Shown: positions 7,524 to 19,600 of the stretch, in pieces
How positions within the stretch are numbered: position 1 is the stretch's first letter
Layout of the letters: every line of letters starts with the position of its first letter
DNA from: Candidatus Poribacteria bacterium
Lineage (GTDB): Bacteria; Poribacteria; WGA-4E; WGA-3G
Assembly: GCA_963665235.2 (NCBI GenBank)
Contig: CAXXLX010000001.1
Span: 3,840,001-3,904,000 of the forward strand
DNA: 64,000 nucleotides
Direction: 5' to 3'
Translations under genes and position numbers: made by a program
The notes under the pieces: model-generated
The model's database searches: none
What the model was told of the DNA's origin: nothing
The model's input: the letters and a program-made list of their open reading frames with translations, nothing else

Positions 7524-9380
7524 ATGGTTTTAGAGAAAATTAACGCCCCTGTGGACTTAAAAAGACTTAGTATCACCGAACTTAAAACACTTGCTGAAGA
7601 GATGCGAGCACACCTATTGGCAGTACTTTCGCAGCACCCGGGACATTTCGCCCCTAATTTTGGTACCGTCGAATTAGCGATAGCAGTACATACCGTTTTT
7701 GACACCCCACGCGACAAAGTGATATGGGATATCGGGCATCAAGCTTATCCGCACAAACTGCTCACCGGTCGGCTGGATACGTTTGAGACGCTGCGGCAGA
7801 CAGGCGGCATCAGCGGGTTTCTGAGTCGCGAGGAGAGCAAATACGACGTGTTTGGAGCGGGACATTCAAGCACATCCATTCCCGCTGCGCTGGGTATCGC
7901 TGCAGCGCGTGATATCAATCAGGACAGTTATAAGGTTGTGGCGATTATTGGCGATGGGGGATTGACTGGCGGCATGGCATTGGAAGGTTTAAACGCCGCT
8001 GGCGACTTCAAAAAGGACATCGTGGTTATCCTCAACGATAATCAGATGTCAATTTCAGCAACCGTTGGGGCGTTTTCAAAACATTTTCATAAATTGACAA
8101 GCTCCCGTGGTTACAACAGACTTCGCGATGGTGCCAAAGAGCTGGTGAACTTCATCTCCTCTGATGCCAAAGCCCTAGCACAGAAGATTGAAGCCTCACT
8201 AAAAGCCGGCACGCTCTTTGAAGAATTTGGATTTCGTTATTTTGGACCGCTTGATGGAAATGACCTAGAAACATTAATTCCTGTACTGACAGGTATCCGT
8301 GAATTGTCCGGGCCCATTTTAGTGCACGTTGTTACGAAAAAAGGGAAAGGCTATCCACCTGCGGAGGAAGACCCCGTTGCATTTTACAGCGTCAGCGGCC
8401 AGTTCGATTTGAAAACTGGCAAGTCGCTTCGCCCAGCATCAGCAACGCCAAAGTACACAGACATTTTCAGTAAAACGCTCGTTGAAGAAGCGAAACGCGA
8501 TTCACGAATTATTGGGGTAACCGCAGCAATGCTTGGTGGAACAGGTCTAGACAAGCTCGCTGAGGTGTTACCAGACCGATGCTTTGACCTTGGCTTAGCC
8601 GAGCAGTGTGCTGTGACCTTCGCCGCCGGGCTTGCAACCGAGGGACTGAAACCTGTTGTCGCCATCTATTCAACGTTCCTACAACGGGGTTACGACCAGG
8701 TGCTCCACGATGTCTGTATTCAGAATTTACCTGTTGTTTTCGCACTTGACCGGGCAGGACTTGTCGGAGCGGATGGCCCCACGCACCACGGCGTATTCGA
8801 TATCGCATACCTACGTTCAATTCCTAACATCGTATCCATGGCACCGAAGGATGAAGATGAGTTGCAACACCTGCTCAAAACCGCACTGACTTATGAGGAC
8901 GGGCCGATTGCCCTCCGGTACCCGCGTGGCACCGGCATCGGTGTTAAAATAGCCCCGGAACCGGTCCCATTGCCTATCGGAAAAGCAGAAATCTGTCGCG
9001 AAGGTGAGGACCTGCTAATTGTAGCTATAGGTAACCGAGTGCACCCGGCACTTGAAGCCGCACAGACCTTGGCTGAGACCGGCATAGATAGCACAGTGCT
9101 CAACGCCCGCTTTATCAAACCGCTGGATGCGGCATTAATTATAGAACTCGCCCAACAAATTAGCAAGGTTATTACGGTAGAGGATGGCGTTCTGATGGGC
9201 GGGTTTGGCAGTGCCATATTGGAGGCACTGGCAGCCGAAGGTGTTACGGATGTTCGTGTCACTCGGCTCGGCGTGCCAGATAGATTTATCGAACACGGCG
9301 ACGTGAAAACCTTATACGATAGATACGGATATGACACCCAAGCTATCATACAAGCAGGCGTAGCATTAGCTGTGGGGTAG
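7524..9380 (+). CDS. dxs: 1-deoxy-D-xylulose-5-phosphate synthase
   Basis: WDIGHQAYPHK, GHSSTS, GDGGLTGG, LNDN, TKKGKGY, AEQ, IYSTFLQR, DRAGLVGADGPTH. Confidence 0.97.
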   Translation: MVLEKINAPVDLKRLSITELKTLAEEMRAHLLAVLSQHPGHFAPNFGTVELAIAVHTVFDTPRDKVIWDIGHQAYPHKLLTGRLDTFETLRQTGGISGFLSREESKYDVFGAGHSSTSIPAALGIAAARDINQDSYKVVAIIGDGGLTGGMALEGLNAAGDFKKDIVVILNDNQMSISATVGAFSKHFHKLTSSRGYNRLRDGAKELVNFISSDAKALAQKIEASLKAGTLFEEFGFRYFGPLDGNDLETLIPVLTGIRELSGPILVHVVTKKGKGYPPAEEDPVAFYSVSGQFDLKTGKSLRPASATPKYTDIFSKTLVEEAKRDSRIIGVTAAMLGGTGLDKLAEVLPDRCFDLGLAEQCAVTFAAGLATEGLKPVVAIYSTFLQRGYDQVLHDVCIQNLPVVFALDRAGLVGADGPTHHGVFDIAYLRSIPNIVSMAPKDEDELQHLLKTALTYEDGPIALRYPRGTGIGVKIAPEPVPLPIGKAEICREGEDLLIVAIGNRVHPALEAAQTLAETGIDSTVLNARFIKPLDAALIIELAQQISKVITVEDGVLMGGFGSAILEALAAEGVTDVRVTRLGVPDRFIEHGDVKTLYDRYGYDTQAIIQAGVALAVG

Positions 9381-9386
9381 CGGAAC

Positions 9387-10259
9387 ATGGAACGGATAGA
9401 CGTAGTACTTGTTCAGCGAGGTTTGGCTGAAAGTCGACTTCAAGCAAAACGCCTTATTTTAGCGGGAGCGGTCAGAGTCGATAACATCTCGCAGCTGAAG
9501 CCGGGGAAACGTGTCCCGCCAGATGCCGTGATAGCGGTGGAGCAACCGACAAAATATGTTAGCCGCGGGGGGCTCAAACTTGAAAAGGCGTTGCAAACGT
9601 TCAATATTGCTGTGCAGGATAAGGTCGCTTTGGACGTTGGGGCTTCGACAGGGGGTTTCACCGATTGCTTGCTTCAACACGGGGCATGTTTTGTCTATGC
9701 TGTCGATGTAGGGTGTGAACAATTGGCACGGAAACTTCGTCAAGACTCGCGGGTGCATGTGCTTGAAAAAACAAACATTCGCTATATTGACAAAACACAC
9801 TTCACACACCCGCTTGATATAGCCGTGATTGATGTCTCTTTTATCTCGTTGCGGAAGGTGTTACCGGTGGTGATAGAACACCTTACTCCCGCTGGCGAGG
9901 GGGATAAGGGCAGGGCCGATGTTATCGCGCTCATCAAACCACAGTTTGAGGCGGGCCGCGTCCATGTGAAAAAAGGTGGTATCGTTGACGACCCAAGGGT
10001 GCACACAGAAACATTGGTGGATTTGATTGACTTTGTGCAGGAAAACCTGCATGTAACATCTATGGGGTTAACCTTTTCACCGATTCACCAAGACATCCGC
10101 AATATTGAGTACCTGCTTTGGCTGCGGAAACAGGATGTCGTTTGTTCGGAATCTGGACACCCCTCCTCAGTTATAGGCGCGCTTTGTCCGCAAGACTGCC
10201 GAGAGAATTTCGTTCGCGAGGTAGTTAGCACAGCACACCGCGCTTTTTCAAATAATTAG
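9387..10259 (+). CDS. tlyA: TlyA family rRNA 2'-O-methyltransferase (S4 + FtsJ domains)
   Basis: YVSRGGLKL, DVGASTGGFTD, DVSFISL, LIKPQFEAG; usual position after dxs. Confidence 0.93.
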   Translation: MERIDVVLVQRGLAESRLQAKRLILAGAVRVDNISQLKPGKRVPPDAVIAVEQPTKYVSRGGLKLEKALQTFNIAVQDKVALDVGASTGGFTDCLLQHGACFVYAVDVGCEQLARKLRQDSRVHVLEKTNIRYIDKTHFTHPLDIAVIDVSFISLRKVLPVVIEHLTPAGEGDKGRADVIALIKPQFEAGRVHVKKGGIVDDPRVHTETLVDLIDFVQENLHVTSMGLTFSPIHQDIRNIEYLLWLRKQDVVCSESGHPSSVIGALCPQDCRENFVREVVSTAHRAFSNN

Positions 10260-10324
10260 ATTGTGCCTATAATCAGAAGCCTGCCTGCACGGCACAGGCG
10301 AGCGGAGGCACCAGGATACAAAGC

Positions 10325-13300
10325 ATGACACGACGAAAAATCTTACTCATTACAATTCCATCCCTCATTTTTCTCTGTATGTTCGGCGGATTTCTTTTTA
10401 TCCGTTCAGACTATTTCCTAAAGTACCTCAAGTCCCAACTTGAAACAGGCATCCAAAATCATATCGATGACAAATACAAGGTCGAAGTCGGCACATTGAG
10501 TGGAAATGTCCTAACGGGTGTTCAGGTTAAGAGTTTTAACCTCAGCGAAAATGCATCTAAAGAAGCTGTTGTCTCAACAGAAGAAATAACGGTAAAATAC
10601 AAATTACTTGCCCTACTCCGCCGTAAATTTCTCGTTACCGCCTTAGAGATTTCTACGCCGCAGATTTATGCACGGCGGGATGCTGATAACCAGATTAATC
10701 TAACACAGCTCCTGAAACAGAAGGCCTCAGATTCAAACGAAACCCCCTTCGCTTTTGCTGTCTCCGAAGTGGATATAAAGAACGGTAAACTTCAATTCAC
10801 AGATAAACAACGGAATCTTGAAATGATACTCCCTGAGATTGAAGTTACGTTGGATGGACCGCTAGAAGCTTGGGCGCATAAAGGCACAGTCTCGGTGGGT
10901 AAAGGCAGATTCGCATTGAACGGCAAAGCACTGCCAATTGAACCATTTGAGAAGGTCAAGTTTTCCGTGTCAGCAGATAGCGGGGGCATGGAAGAGACGC
11001 TCCGACTGAAATTAGGTAACTCTGTACTGCAAATCAAAGGGAATTGGGAAAAAGACGCATGGCAAATGGATGCAGACCTAACGATAGACCCGGCAGACGT
11101 TCAAAAATTCGTAACCCCACAATACACACTCAAAGGGGAACCTGCAGCCATTACGTTGAACGCGAGAGAAACCGAGGCGGGTCTAACAGGCAGTCTTACG
11201 GCGACACTTCAGAGCATCTCTGTAAATGATATATTGATGGAAGCATTAGCAGTTTCTGCGGACTTCACAGACGAGACGTTCCGCGTGAAACAGATAACAG
11301 GAAAAATTGCAGGCGGTGAAATTTCCGGGACAGGTAAGATTGTCAAAACAGCAGCAGGTGAAGCCGGACAATTCAGTTATGATGGCGAAATCTTTGTGAA
11401 AGATATTCAACTTCCCCCGTTTTTGTCGATGTTGGTGGATTTACCGGAAGGAAATCCACATATCAATTCCGGAATGCTTGCCGGTAAGGCGATTGTGCAG
11501 GGTAATACTTCACGGATGCTGCACGTTGAAAGCAGCCTGCAACTTTCAGAGACAACTTTCCTTGTAAAGAGCGACACTTCGGATGATACGTCGATGATAT
11601 CCTTAAGGGATTCAGACATAGCGTGTACGATTTCGACATCGGGAGAAGGCGACACGAAGATTACAGCAACCGGGAACCTAGATGAAGCTCGCATTGGACT
11701 TGAAGGCACCTACGACAGCCTCAATCTCACGCTCCACTCTATAGGCTTCGGGAAGATTTTAAAAATCCTTAACAGTGCCCCTTTCGCAGGGGTTGGACAC
11801 TTGACAGCCGAAATCACAAAAGGGAAAACCGCCACAGGCCACTTAGAAATACCCACTGCCACCTTCATGGGCACCCCAATTGGCAGGTTAGCTGGCGACT
11901 TTCGCTATGCTGACAAGGTTATGTTTATTGAAAACGCACATCTCACCAAAAAAGGGGTTAGCGGAGATAGTAGTGTTTCCATCACGGGCAAAGTGGATAT
12001 CGTAGGCGAGCTCCCAGCAAATCTCCGTATTATCGTCGAGCCTATCGTGCTAGACGCTGAATATAACACCCTATTTTTGGGCGGTCCGCAAGATGTGCAT
12101 GGCACACTCACAGGTGAGTTGAATCTGGATGGGACACTTATGCATCTCAACGGAAACGGGACGCTCACCGTGAGTGACGGTAAAGCCTGGGGCATTCATT
12201 TAGACACGTTGACGCTCCCGCTGGAAATTGAGGATTACGCTATAACAGTCTCTAACTTCGAAATTACGACACGCGGGCAGCAGATTATTCTCAACGCTGT
12301 AGTGGATAACAACGGGGACTTTGAGGTTAGCCTCAAAAACAGGCTCGACACACCCATCCAATTGGCGGAAATAGCCGCTGCCGCAAATATAACCGATTTT
12401 CCATTTGATGCCAAGTTAGATGTTAATGTAGCCTTAGGTCAAGAAAAACCGAACGATTTTGAATTTCTGATAGAATGTAATGCCACAGACATAACGTTTG
12501 ACAGCAATCCCCTTGGAGATGCCTACCTTGCAGGGACGCTCATAGAACAGAAACGGTTGACTGGCGACCCCGACTTTTTCCGTTTTAAGGGGGATGCTTT
12601 CGAAGGCACAACCCAGATTGAAGGCACTATTAGCACTGCTGTGGAGAACCCATACCAATTCGTCCTCACGAGCATAGGTATCAACGTTTCACCTATTCTC
12701 CGTATCTTTCATCCTACACTAGAGCAGATTACCGGGACAGCGGATAGCGTCGTTAAAATAGAGGGCACTATCGCAGAATTAGCACCACCCCCAGGCGAGA
12801 TGGATAACGAGGATAACAAAAAACCTGACAACCGACGCGTCCACCCCTATAACGTCGACATAAAAATCAGTGACACACAACTTCACTATAACACGTTAGA
12901 CCTTACAAATCGGCAGCCGATTCACATCAAATTGGTAGATGACCTCTGGACGGTTTTAGCCTTCTCGCTTACAGCGGATACGGAGCAATCACCGTTTATT
13001 CAAATAGATGGCACTTATGACGCGAAAGGGGAAGAGATGAATCTTCGTGTCAGGTCTTTGCCAAACGAACATTTTGCGTTAGCCCCGCTTAGCAAAATAT
13101 TCCGGCTACCGATTTCAGGTACAGCCACCTATCTGCTGCACGCCACCGGCACACTCCCCAACCCGCGGGTTAATGTCAACTACACGGTTCCGACATTAAC
13201 CATCCAAACAGAAATAGGGGATATCAACCTAAGCCATGGTAGGGGGGGGTTGACGTATCGGAATAACACGGTCACCGTAGAACCGTCTACCCTAGTCGTT

Positions 13301-16300
13301 TTGGGAAATGCTCTACAAGTTGAAGGAGATGTGACCATTCAGCCCGAAAACGTTAACACCTCGGCACTAAACCTCCACCTCACCGCTGACAAACTTGATT
13401 TAGCCAAGTTTGAAGAGATTGTGACAAACATTATGCCCCCCGAGGTCTTAAAGCGTCTGACGCAAAATAACCATGAGCAGTCGGCAGTTAGGCTACTTGA
13501 GGGGCAACTCACGACATCACTATATATAACAGGCACCCTCACACAACCCACAATTGCTATAGGTGCTAACACAACACACGCGGCCCCGATACGTCTCAAA
13601 CCGTTCGCCAAACCTATCACATTAACACGTTTACGCGCGGTAACCACGGCTACCTCAAAATCTGTTCATATCAACACCCTAGAAGCAAACGGATGGATAG
13701 GCGAAGGCACCTTTCAGGTAAAGGCAAACGAAACTACGTTTCCAGTGATAGAGCGTTCTAAAGCGGAACAGTTTAATATAGAGATAGCTGTAACAAAATT
13801 GGAGGTATCGGACTTCGCGACCCTGTTTTACGAAGGAGATGAAAAATCCCCCGTACACGGCACCGTAACCGGTAAGCTCAACGTAGCGGGGACAGGCTTC
13901 AGTCCGAATCTGATTACAACGTCGTGTGGCATAACGGAGCTCAATCTCCAAATCTATAACACACAAATCGTTAGCACGGCCGCTTTTGAAATCCGATACG
14001 ACAAAGAGGCCCTAGATGCCTATCTCCCGCTACAAATAACCTCGTCCACGATGCAGACAACATCCAACATTCGTATTGAGGGAACACCTATAGCCCCTAT
14101 TGTGACGCTAAATTGGGTCGGGGAATTTGACACCCCTTCACCCTTACAGTGGCGTGGTGATGTGCAATACCGCAATCAACAGATAACCGTTGAACAGATT
14201 GAACTCACGTATAACAAGAATGACACATTAACCTTGACAGGCGAGATACCGTGCGATTTGAGGTTCGCAGCAATGGATATTTCAGAAAGATTTCTTGATA
14301 ACCCGCTTTCAGTCCAACTGAGCGGGCAGGAGATACCCCTTCATTTTTTTCCGGGGCTGGATACACATTTTTCAGAAATAACAGCAGGTGTTATTGATAT
14401 CAACCTGCAGCTGCTCGGTACGCCCCGTGCCCCCTATCTACACGGAGACTTTTCGGTGCAGGCAGACCGGCTATACGCTCACCGCTTCAATCAAACGCTC
14501 ACCGATGCAACGTTTCAACTCAAAGCACAACGGAATAGCATTGAAGTGACAAAACTTCAGTTTAAGATAGAGGGCAGTGAATGTACTATTGACAGCGGTC
14601 AATTGCAATTAGATGGCTTGATACCGAAACAATTTAGACTTGAGGGGTTTACGCTTACAAAATACCCGGTAGGGGCCGTAGTGGAACGCGCTGTATCAAC
14701 CGATATTTTAACAGAAATCGATGGGCATATCACTGCACGGCTTGAGACACTGACAATTCCATTTGACACCTTTTTTCAGGAGGGAAAAAATGAAGAATCT
14801 TCGATTTTTCATCAGCTCCCGATAATAAGCGAGATACCCTCTGCCGATACGCTTCTTGAAGTATCAGCTGCAAAATTCGCCATCGATACCCTCAACTTCG
14901 CCTTTACTGCCCTTGGGAAACATTACAATTTCCATAATCCGCACCCTATCGAGATTAAACTTAGCGAAGGTATACTAACGCTTGAAGAGGGATTTACACT
15001 ACAAGATAAAGCGGCCCCCGCTTCTACCGATGCACAGGAATCTGGTGCATCGGTAAACCCCATAATCCTTAGCGGTTTCGGCAAATGGGACCACCACAAG
15101 CTGTGGGGAGACGTGATGCTTAAGAATCTTGATGTTTCTGTTCTAAATGCACTTCCGTCCTGGCCTAACGAATATTCGGTTACGGGTGTTCTGTCAACCA
15201 ATATACGCATCAGAGGTAACGACACAGCCCCAGAGGTCACAGTGGAATGCAAAGGAGATAAAATAGGTATCAATCAGGCAGAGATTCATGAATTCGAAGC
15301 GGAGCTACGTTACGCTGACCAGGAGTGGAAAATAGAAGAGAACGGAGCCCGCCTTAAATTTGGCAAAAACGAGCTCACATGCACCGGAACATTGCCCTAT
15401 CTACTTTCGCTAACACCGTTTCGCGCCGAACCGCTTCCTAAGCCGATAACAGGCAGTTTAACCTTTAAAATGGAAGAACTCACACCCCTTCTGTTAATCG
15501 TCCCTTACCCCTATATCACCGCTGCGAGTGGAAAAGGTGAGCTCACTGCCTACTTTAGCGGAACGCTAAGTAACCCCAAGATTGAAGGCACCGGAAACCT
15601 CAGTGATATCGCGCTGGACATACCGACCGCGAGCATTTCCCTTAAAGACACAATGTGTAACTTCAAGTTTTCTGAACAAGCCCTTGAGCTCGAAGAACTT
15701 CACGGCGCATTGAATAGGGACCTGAATAGAGAAGGACGTTTTTTTGTCACGGGTACTATCGACCTGGAAAACAGAGACATGAATTTGGAAACCACGCTTA
15801 ACGATACAAGCTTTGCACAGTCAGAGCTGTTTCAGTTCGACATTGCCACTGCCAACCTTCAGTTACGCGGGCCCGTTACAGAACCACGGCTGACTGGCGA
15901 CATCGATATTCGAGATGGATATTACCAGCAAAACTGGGGACTTGTACGGGATTGGCTCTCCGGCACCACCGTCACAGAAGCGGACCGTGCCCTGGACAAT
16001 ATACTTTTGAGCAACCTCTACTTAGATGTCGAGGTGCAAATCAAAAAACCGAACGACTTTCGGTTGCTTTCATCACTCACCTTATACGCCTTGCTCACAG
16101 GTTCCGCCGACATTTCAATTGCTTGCTCCGGCAAACTTATCGGGTCCATTCAACGTCCAGTTTTCACGGGAGATATGTCACTTCTCAGCGGGAACATTAA
16201 ATTTCCGACAGGCACCGTTTTTGAGTTCGTTGAGAAGGATGTAGCCCTCCAAAACGAGAACCCCGTTGCGTTTAATCCCGTTTTAGACATCTCATTCCAA

Positions 16301-16663
16301 ACCCCCAACCCGATTCGCGGCGTTTTCCTCAAAGATGGTAGTACCGCAGACATGATTATCAGATTTGATGTGACCGGCTCTTTATTGGATAATCCAAACA
16401 CCCGTTTGAAAGCGGTACCACTGAACACAACATCAACCGAAGTGCTAACGGAATCAGAAATTATCGCCCTGCTGTTACCGAACAAGGCGTTCTCTGCTAT
16501 CCTTGGCGGCATTACCTTCACTGTTTCCTCCGGGCTTGAACCTGACACACGTCACATTAGTGCTGTTTATCCACTCCCCTTCGGCAAAAATATATTTCTC
16601 AAAATGGAACGGGATCAAAAAGGGGAATACGGGGCCGATATTCAATGGGAGGGACGTTTCTAA
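10325..16663 (+). CDS. TamB/AsmA-like translocation-assembly protein (2112 aa)
   Basis: N-terminal membrane anchor, long beta-rich repeats (GT..P.., G.L..P), C-terminal NP.LDI / 'YGADIQWEGRF' end; precedes an Omp85 gene. Confidence 0.8.
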   Translation: MTRRKILLITIPSLIFLCMFGGFLFIRSDYFLKYLKSQLETGIQNHIDDKYKVEVGTLSGNVLTGVQVKSFNLSENASKEAVVSTEEITVKYKLLALLRRKFLVTALEISTPQIYARRDADNQINLTQLLKQKASDSNETPFAFAVSEVDIKNGKLQFTDKQRNLEMILPEIEVTLDGPLEAWAHKGTVSVGKGRFALNGKALPIEPFEKVKFSVSADSGGMEETLRLKLGNSVLQIKGNWEKDAWQMDADLTIDPADVQKFVTPQYTLKGEPAAITLNARETEAGLTGSLTATLQSISVNDILMEALAVSADFTDETFRVKQITGKIAGGEISGTGKIVKTAAGEAGQFSYDGEIFVKDIQLPPFLSMLVDLPEGNPHINSGMLAGKAIVQGNTSRMLHVESSLQLSETTFLVKSDTSDDTSMISLRDSDIACTISTSGEGDTKITATGNLDEARIGLEGTYDSLNLTLHSIGFGKILKILNSAPFAGVGHLTAEITKGKTATGHLEIPTATFMGTPIGRLAGDFRYADKVMFIENAHLTKKGVSGDSSVSITGKVDIVGELPANLRIIVEPIVLDAEYNTLFLGGPQDVHGTLTGELNLDGTLMHLNGNGTLTVSDGKAWGIHLDTLTLPLEIEDYAITVSNFEITTRGQQIILNAVVDNNGDFEVSLKNRLDTPIQLAEIAAAANITDFPFDAKLDVNVALGQEKPNDFEFLIECNATDITFDSNPLGDAYLAGTLIEQKRLTGDPDFFRFKGDAFEGTTQIEGTISTAVENPYQFVLTSIGINVSPILRIFHPTLEQITGTADSVVKIEGTIAELAPPPGEMDNEDNKKPDNRRVHPYNVDIKISDTQLHYNTLDLTNRQPIHIKLVDDLWTVLAFSLTADTEQSPFIQIDGTYDAKGEEMNLRVRSLPNEHFALAPLSKIFRLPISGTATYLLHATGTLPNPRVNVNYTVPTLTIQTEIGDINLSHGRGGLTYRNNTVTVEPSTLVVLGNALQVEGDVTIQPENVNTSALNLHLTADKLDLAKFEEIVTNIMPPEVLKRLTQNNHEQSAVRLLEGQLTTSLYITGTLTQPTIAIGANTTHAAPIRLKPFAKPITLTRLRAVTTATSKSVHINTLEANGWIGEGTFQVKANETTFPVIERSKAEQFNIEIAVTKLEVSDFATLFYEGDEKSPVHGTVTGKLNVAGTGFSPNLITTSCGITELNLQIYNTQIVSTAAFEIRYDKEALDAYLPLQITSSTMQTTSNIRIEGTPIAPIVTLNWVGEFDTPSPLQWRGDVQYRNQQITVEQIELTYNKNDTLTLTGEIPCDLRFAAMDISERFLDNPLSVQLSGQEIPLHFFPGLDTHFSEITAGVIDINLQLLGTPRAPYLHGDFSVQADRLYAHRFNQTLTDATFQLKAQRNSIEVTKLQFKIEGSECTIDSGQLQLDGLIPKQFRLEGFTLTKYPVGAVVERAVSTDILTEIDGHITARLETLTIPFDTFFQEGKNEESSIFHQLPIISEIPSADTLLEVSAAKFAIDTLNFAFTALGKHYNFHNPHPIEIKLSEGILTLEEGFTLQDKAAPASTDAQESGASVNPIILSGFGKWDHHKLWGDVMLKNLDVSVLNALPSWPNEYSVTGVLSTNIRIRGNDTAPEVTVECKGDKIGINQAEIHEFEAELRYADQEWKIEENGARLKFGKNELTCTGTLPYLLSLTPFRAEPLPKPITGSLTFKMEELTPLLLIVPYPYITAASGKGELTAYFSGTLSNPKIEGTGNLSDIALDIPTASISLKDTMCNFKFSEQALELEELHGALNRDLNREGRFFVTGTIDLENRDMNLETTLNDTSFAQSELFQFDIATANLQLRGPVTEPRLTGDIDIRDGYYQQNWGLVRDWLSGTTVTEADRALDNILLSNLYLDVEVQIKKPNDFRLLSSLTLYALLTGSADISIACSGKLIGSIQRPVFTGDMSLLSGNIKFPTGTVFEFVEKDVALQNENPVAFNPVLDISFQTPNPIRGVFLKDGSTADMIIRFDVTGSLLDNPNTRLKAVPLNTTSTEVLTESEIIALLLPNKAFSAILGGITFTVSSGLEPDTRHISAVYPLPFGKNIFLKMERDQKGEYGADIQWEGRF

Positions 16664-16665
16664 AA

Positions 16666-19600
16666 ATGCCTAAATTGCAAAAGACCGCACCCACCCCTAG
16701 GCGGATAAACGGCGGTAAGACCGCTATATCTCTTTCTGTTTTCTTACTGTTCTGTGCTCTTATTGTTACACCCGTATCGGGCGGAGTGGAGGATGAAAAC
16801 AACCAGCAACGTCCAGAGACTGTCAGCAGTTCACAAGAAACACAAGTAGCCCAAATTATTTACCGCATCGACACACGGATTGTTACTGAAACGGTTGTTC
16901 TCGATACCCTTAAAAAACGGACACACATAACCGTCGGCGCACCGTTCTCACGACAGGCTATCCAACAGAGTGTTGTTTCGCTCCATGCTTTAGCACAATT
17001 TTCCCAAGTTAACGTTTACGCACTCGATACGCCGGAAGGAGTCATACTCACCTTTGACCTAAAACGTGTAGTGCATATCAAAAAAATTGAAATCACAGGT
17101 GTGCCTGATGAACTCAAGCGTGCGCTCCGAAATGCAATGCTCTCAAAGGTTGGTCATATATACCTGCCCGCAATTGCTGAAAGCGAAGTGCCCCGTATCA
17201 AAGCAGCATGCACAGATTACGGCTATTTTAGCCCGACAGTCATTCACAAACCTATTACAGCGGAGGGACAGGTAACCTATCAGATAACCTTAGGAAATCC
17301 ATCCCTTATCAAAACGTTGCAGATTCAAGGACATGAGTCGGTATCGACTAAAGACATACAGGATGCCTGTCGGCTGAGCCGTGTCGGAAAACCGTACCGT
17401 AAATACGCTGTGGAAACCGATATTGCCCAAATTCGCGCACTTTACCGTAAAAAGCATTACCCTACTGCTACAGTTGTCCCTACCTTTACACACAAAACAG
17501 GTGTACTGCTCCTTCAGATTAATCAAGGCAAACAGTATCTTATCGAATTTCTGTCTAAAAAGGATGGACGGCCGATTGTTTTCAGTTCAGGGTTTCGCAA
17601 TTTTCTCGCCAAATTCGGCATCGGCAACGCAAGTTCTGAAGAGATGGAACTTAAGGAGAAAATAATAAACGCTCCATTCCTTTACAAACAAACTATCCAA
17701 GCACATTTTGAAGTGAAAGGATACTACGGAACCGAGGTATCCCCTCCAGAAATTATAGATACACCCCTAAGATATCACGCGAAATTTACAATTAATCCCG
17801 GCACCCGCTATACTGTCAAAAACATCAGCTTCAGCGGCAATAAGGCGTTTTCGGATGCTGTGCTCCTGCGCGAAATGCAGGCCCGACCTCCGAATCGCCT
17901 CTCTCGGCTCATCCGGAAACGTTTTCTTTCCAAGCAGATACTTGAAACAGATAAACAGAGCCTGAAAATTTTATATAAAAAGGCGGGTTATCCAAAAGTC
18001 GTTATCGAAATAGACCTACACAAGCATACCCCCAACAACAAGGATATTGGTGAGGTCGAAATACACGTTGACATCGTAGAGCTATACAAGGAGGTAATTC
18101 AGCGATGTCATTTCATAGGAAATCAGGTCATAGATACCGCAACCCTGCTTGGTGCTTTGCCCATCCAACCTCCACAACCCAATGAAAGTCTGCTAGAAAA
18201 AGGTTACGCAAACGCTGTACTCAAAATGTATTACGAACGCGGTTACGTAGATGCTGAAGTAAAGACGAAGTACATGGATAAAACGGACACGGCTGTTCTA
18301 GAGGTACCTGGTAATTTTTCGGAACACCTCGATGCAGGTACGCTGCCACCGGAACTCCGGGATGAATTTGAAAAACAGGGACTCACATTGGCGGGAACCT
18401 TTATTGCCTCAAAAATAGACGAACATTGGATTATACAAGATGCCGAAAACAACGCCCGATACACCCTCAAGCAACACCCTACATCCCTATCTGTTTTTGA
18501 ACACGGTGTTCTCCACATTGAAATTACTGAAGGCCCCCAAGTCGTGTTCGGCACATTCTATTTCGGAGGCGACCCCGGTGTGAAACGGCAAGTCCTCACA
18601 CGCGAGGTAGAACACCTCCCAGGCACACGTTATACCCCCTCTAAATTGAGCCGTGTTTTGCAAAACCTCTATAAAACCGGTCTTTTCGAACCAGGTATTC
18701 GCACCACCGCAATAGAACGCGCTGACACTATAAAGCAAACTGCTACGGCACCGAATAGAAACGCTGAGACCTCGAACACTGTACCGCAAACTGTTAGTCT
18801 GCAAGCGACCGTCCAACCGAGAGTTAAAGATGTCCTGATTGAACTCCAAAGACAGAAACCGGGTGCCTACGGTGCCAGCATCGGTTATAATGCTTCAGAA
18901 GGCGCGCGCGGCACGCTGGCGTTAAGCCACCGAAACATCTTCAAGCGAAACATACGATTTCTCCTACGAGGCAGAGGCGGCACCCGAGCCGGTACACTCG
19001 GATATCTATACGACGCTACGCTCACAGAACCCTGGTTCCTCGGCAGAACACAGGGCAGCCTCCAGTGGGCCGAAAGGAATTTAGAGGAGGATGATAATGT
19101 CAGAGCACGGCAAGCAAGTTTTACCCTCAGCAGGGAATTACCGCGCGACAACTGGCTTGAACTCCAATACAGCTTTCGCCACCTGCGTCAACCGGACGCG
19201 ACGACAATCACACTAACAGACAAAACGACAACCGTCAGCAGCCTCCGCTTCTCATGGACGCATAACAGCCGATTTCCCTCTATTAACCCGATATCTGGTA
19301 TATTGAATGAAGTCACCCTTGAATACGCGGGTAATTTATTGGGCGGACAAACAAACTTTATCAAAACCGTAACCGATACACGTTATTATAGAAAACTCCA
19401 CAATAAGGGCCCTGTCCTTGCAACAGCCCTCCGATTCGGCATCACTACAGGAATTGGTTCAAGCCGACACGCCGAACTGATTTCGTTTGAGCGGTTTTGG
19501 GCAGGCGGTAGCACAACAGTCCGAGGCTACGCTGAACGCGGCCTCGGGCCCCTCGATAGCACCCTCAGGCACCGCGGCAATGTACAGCTTATCTTTAATA

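Noticed and set aside
9387-10259. Hemolysin/virulence factor
   Set aside because: TlyA next to dxs is the housekeeping rRNA methyltransferase context.
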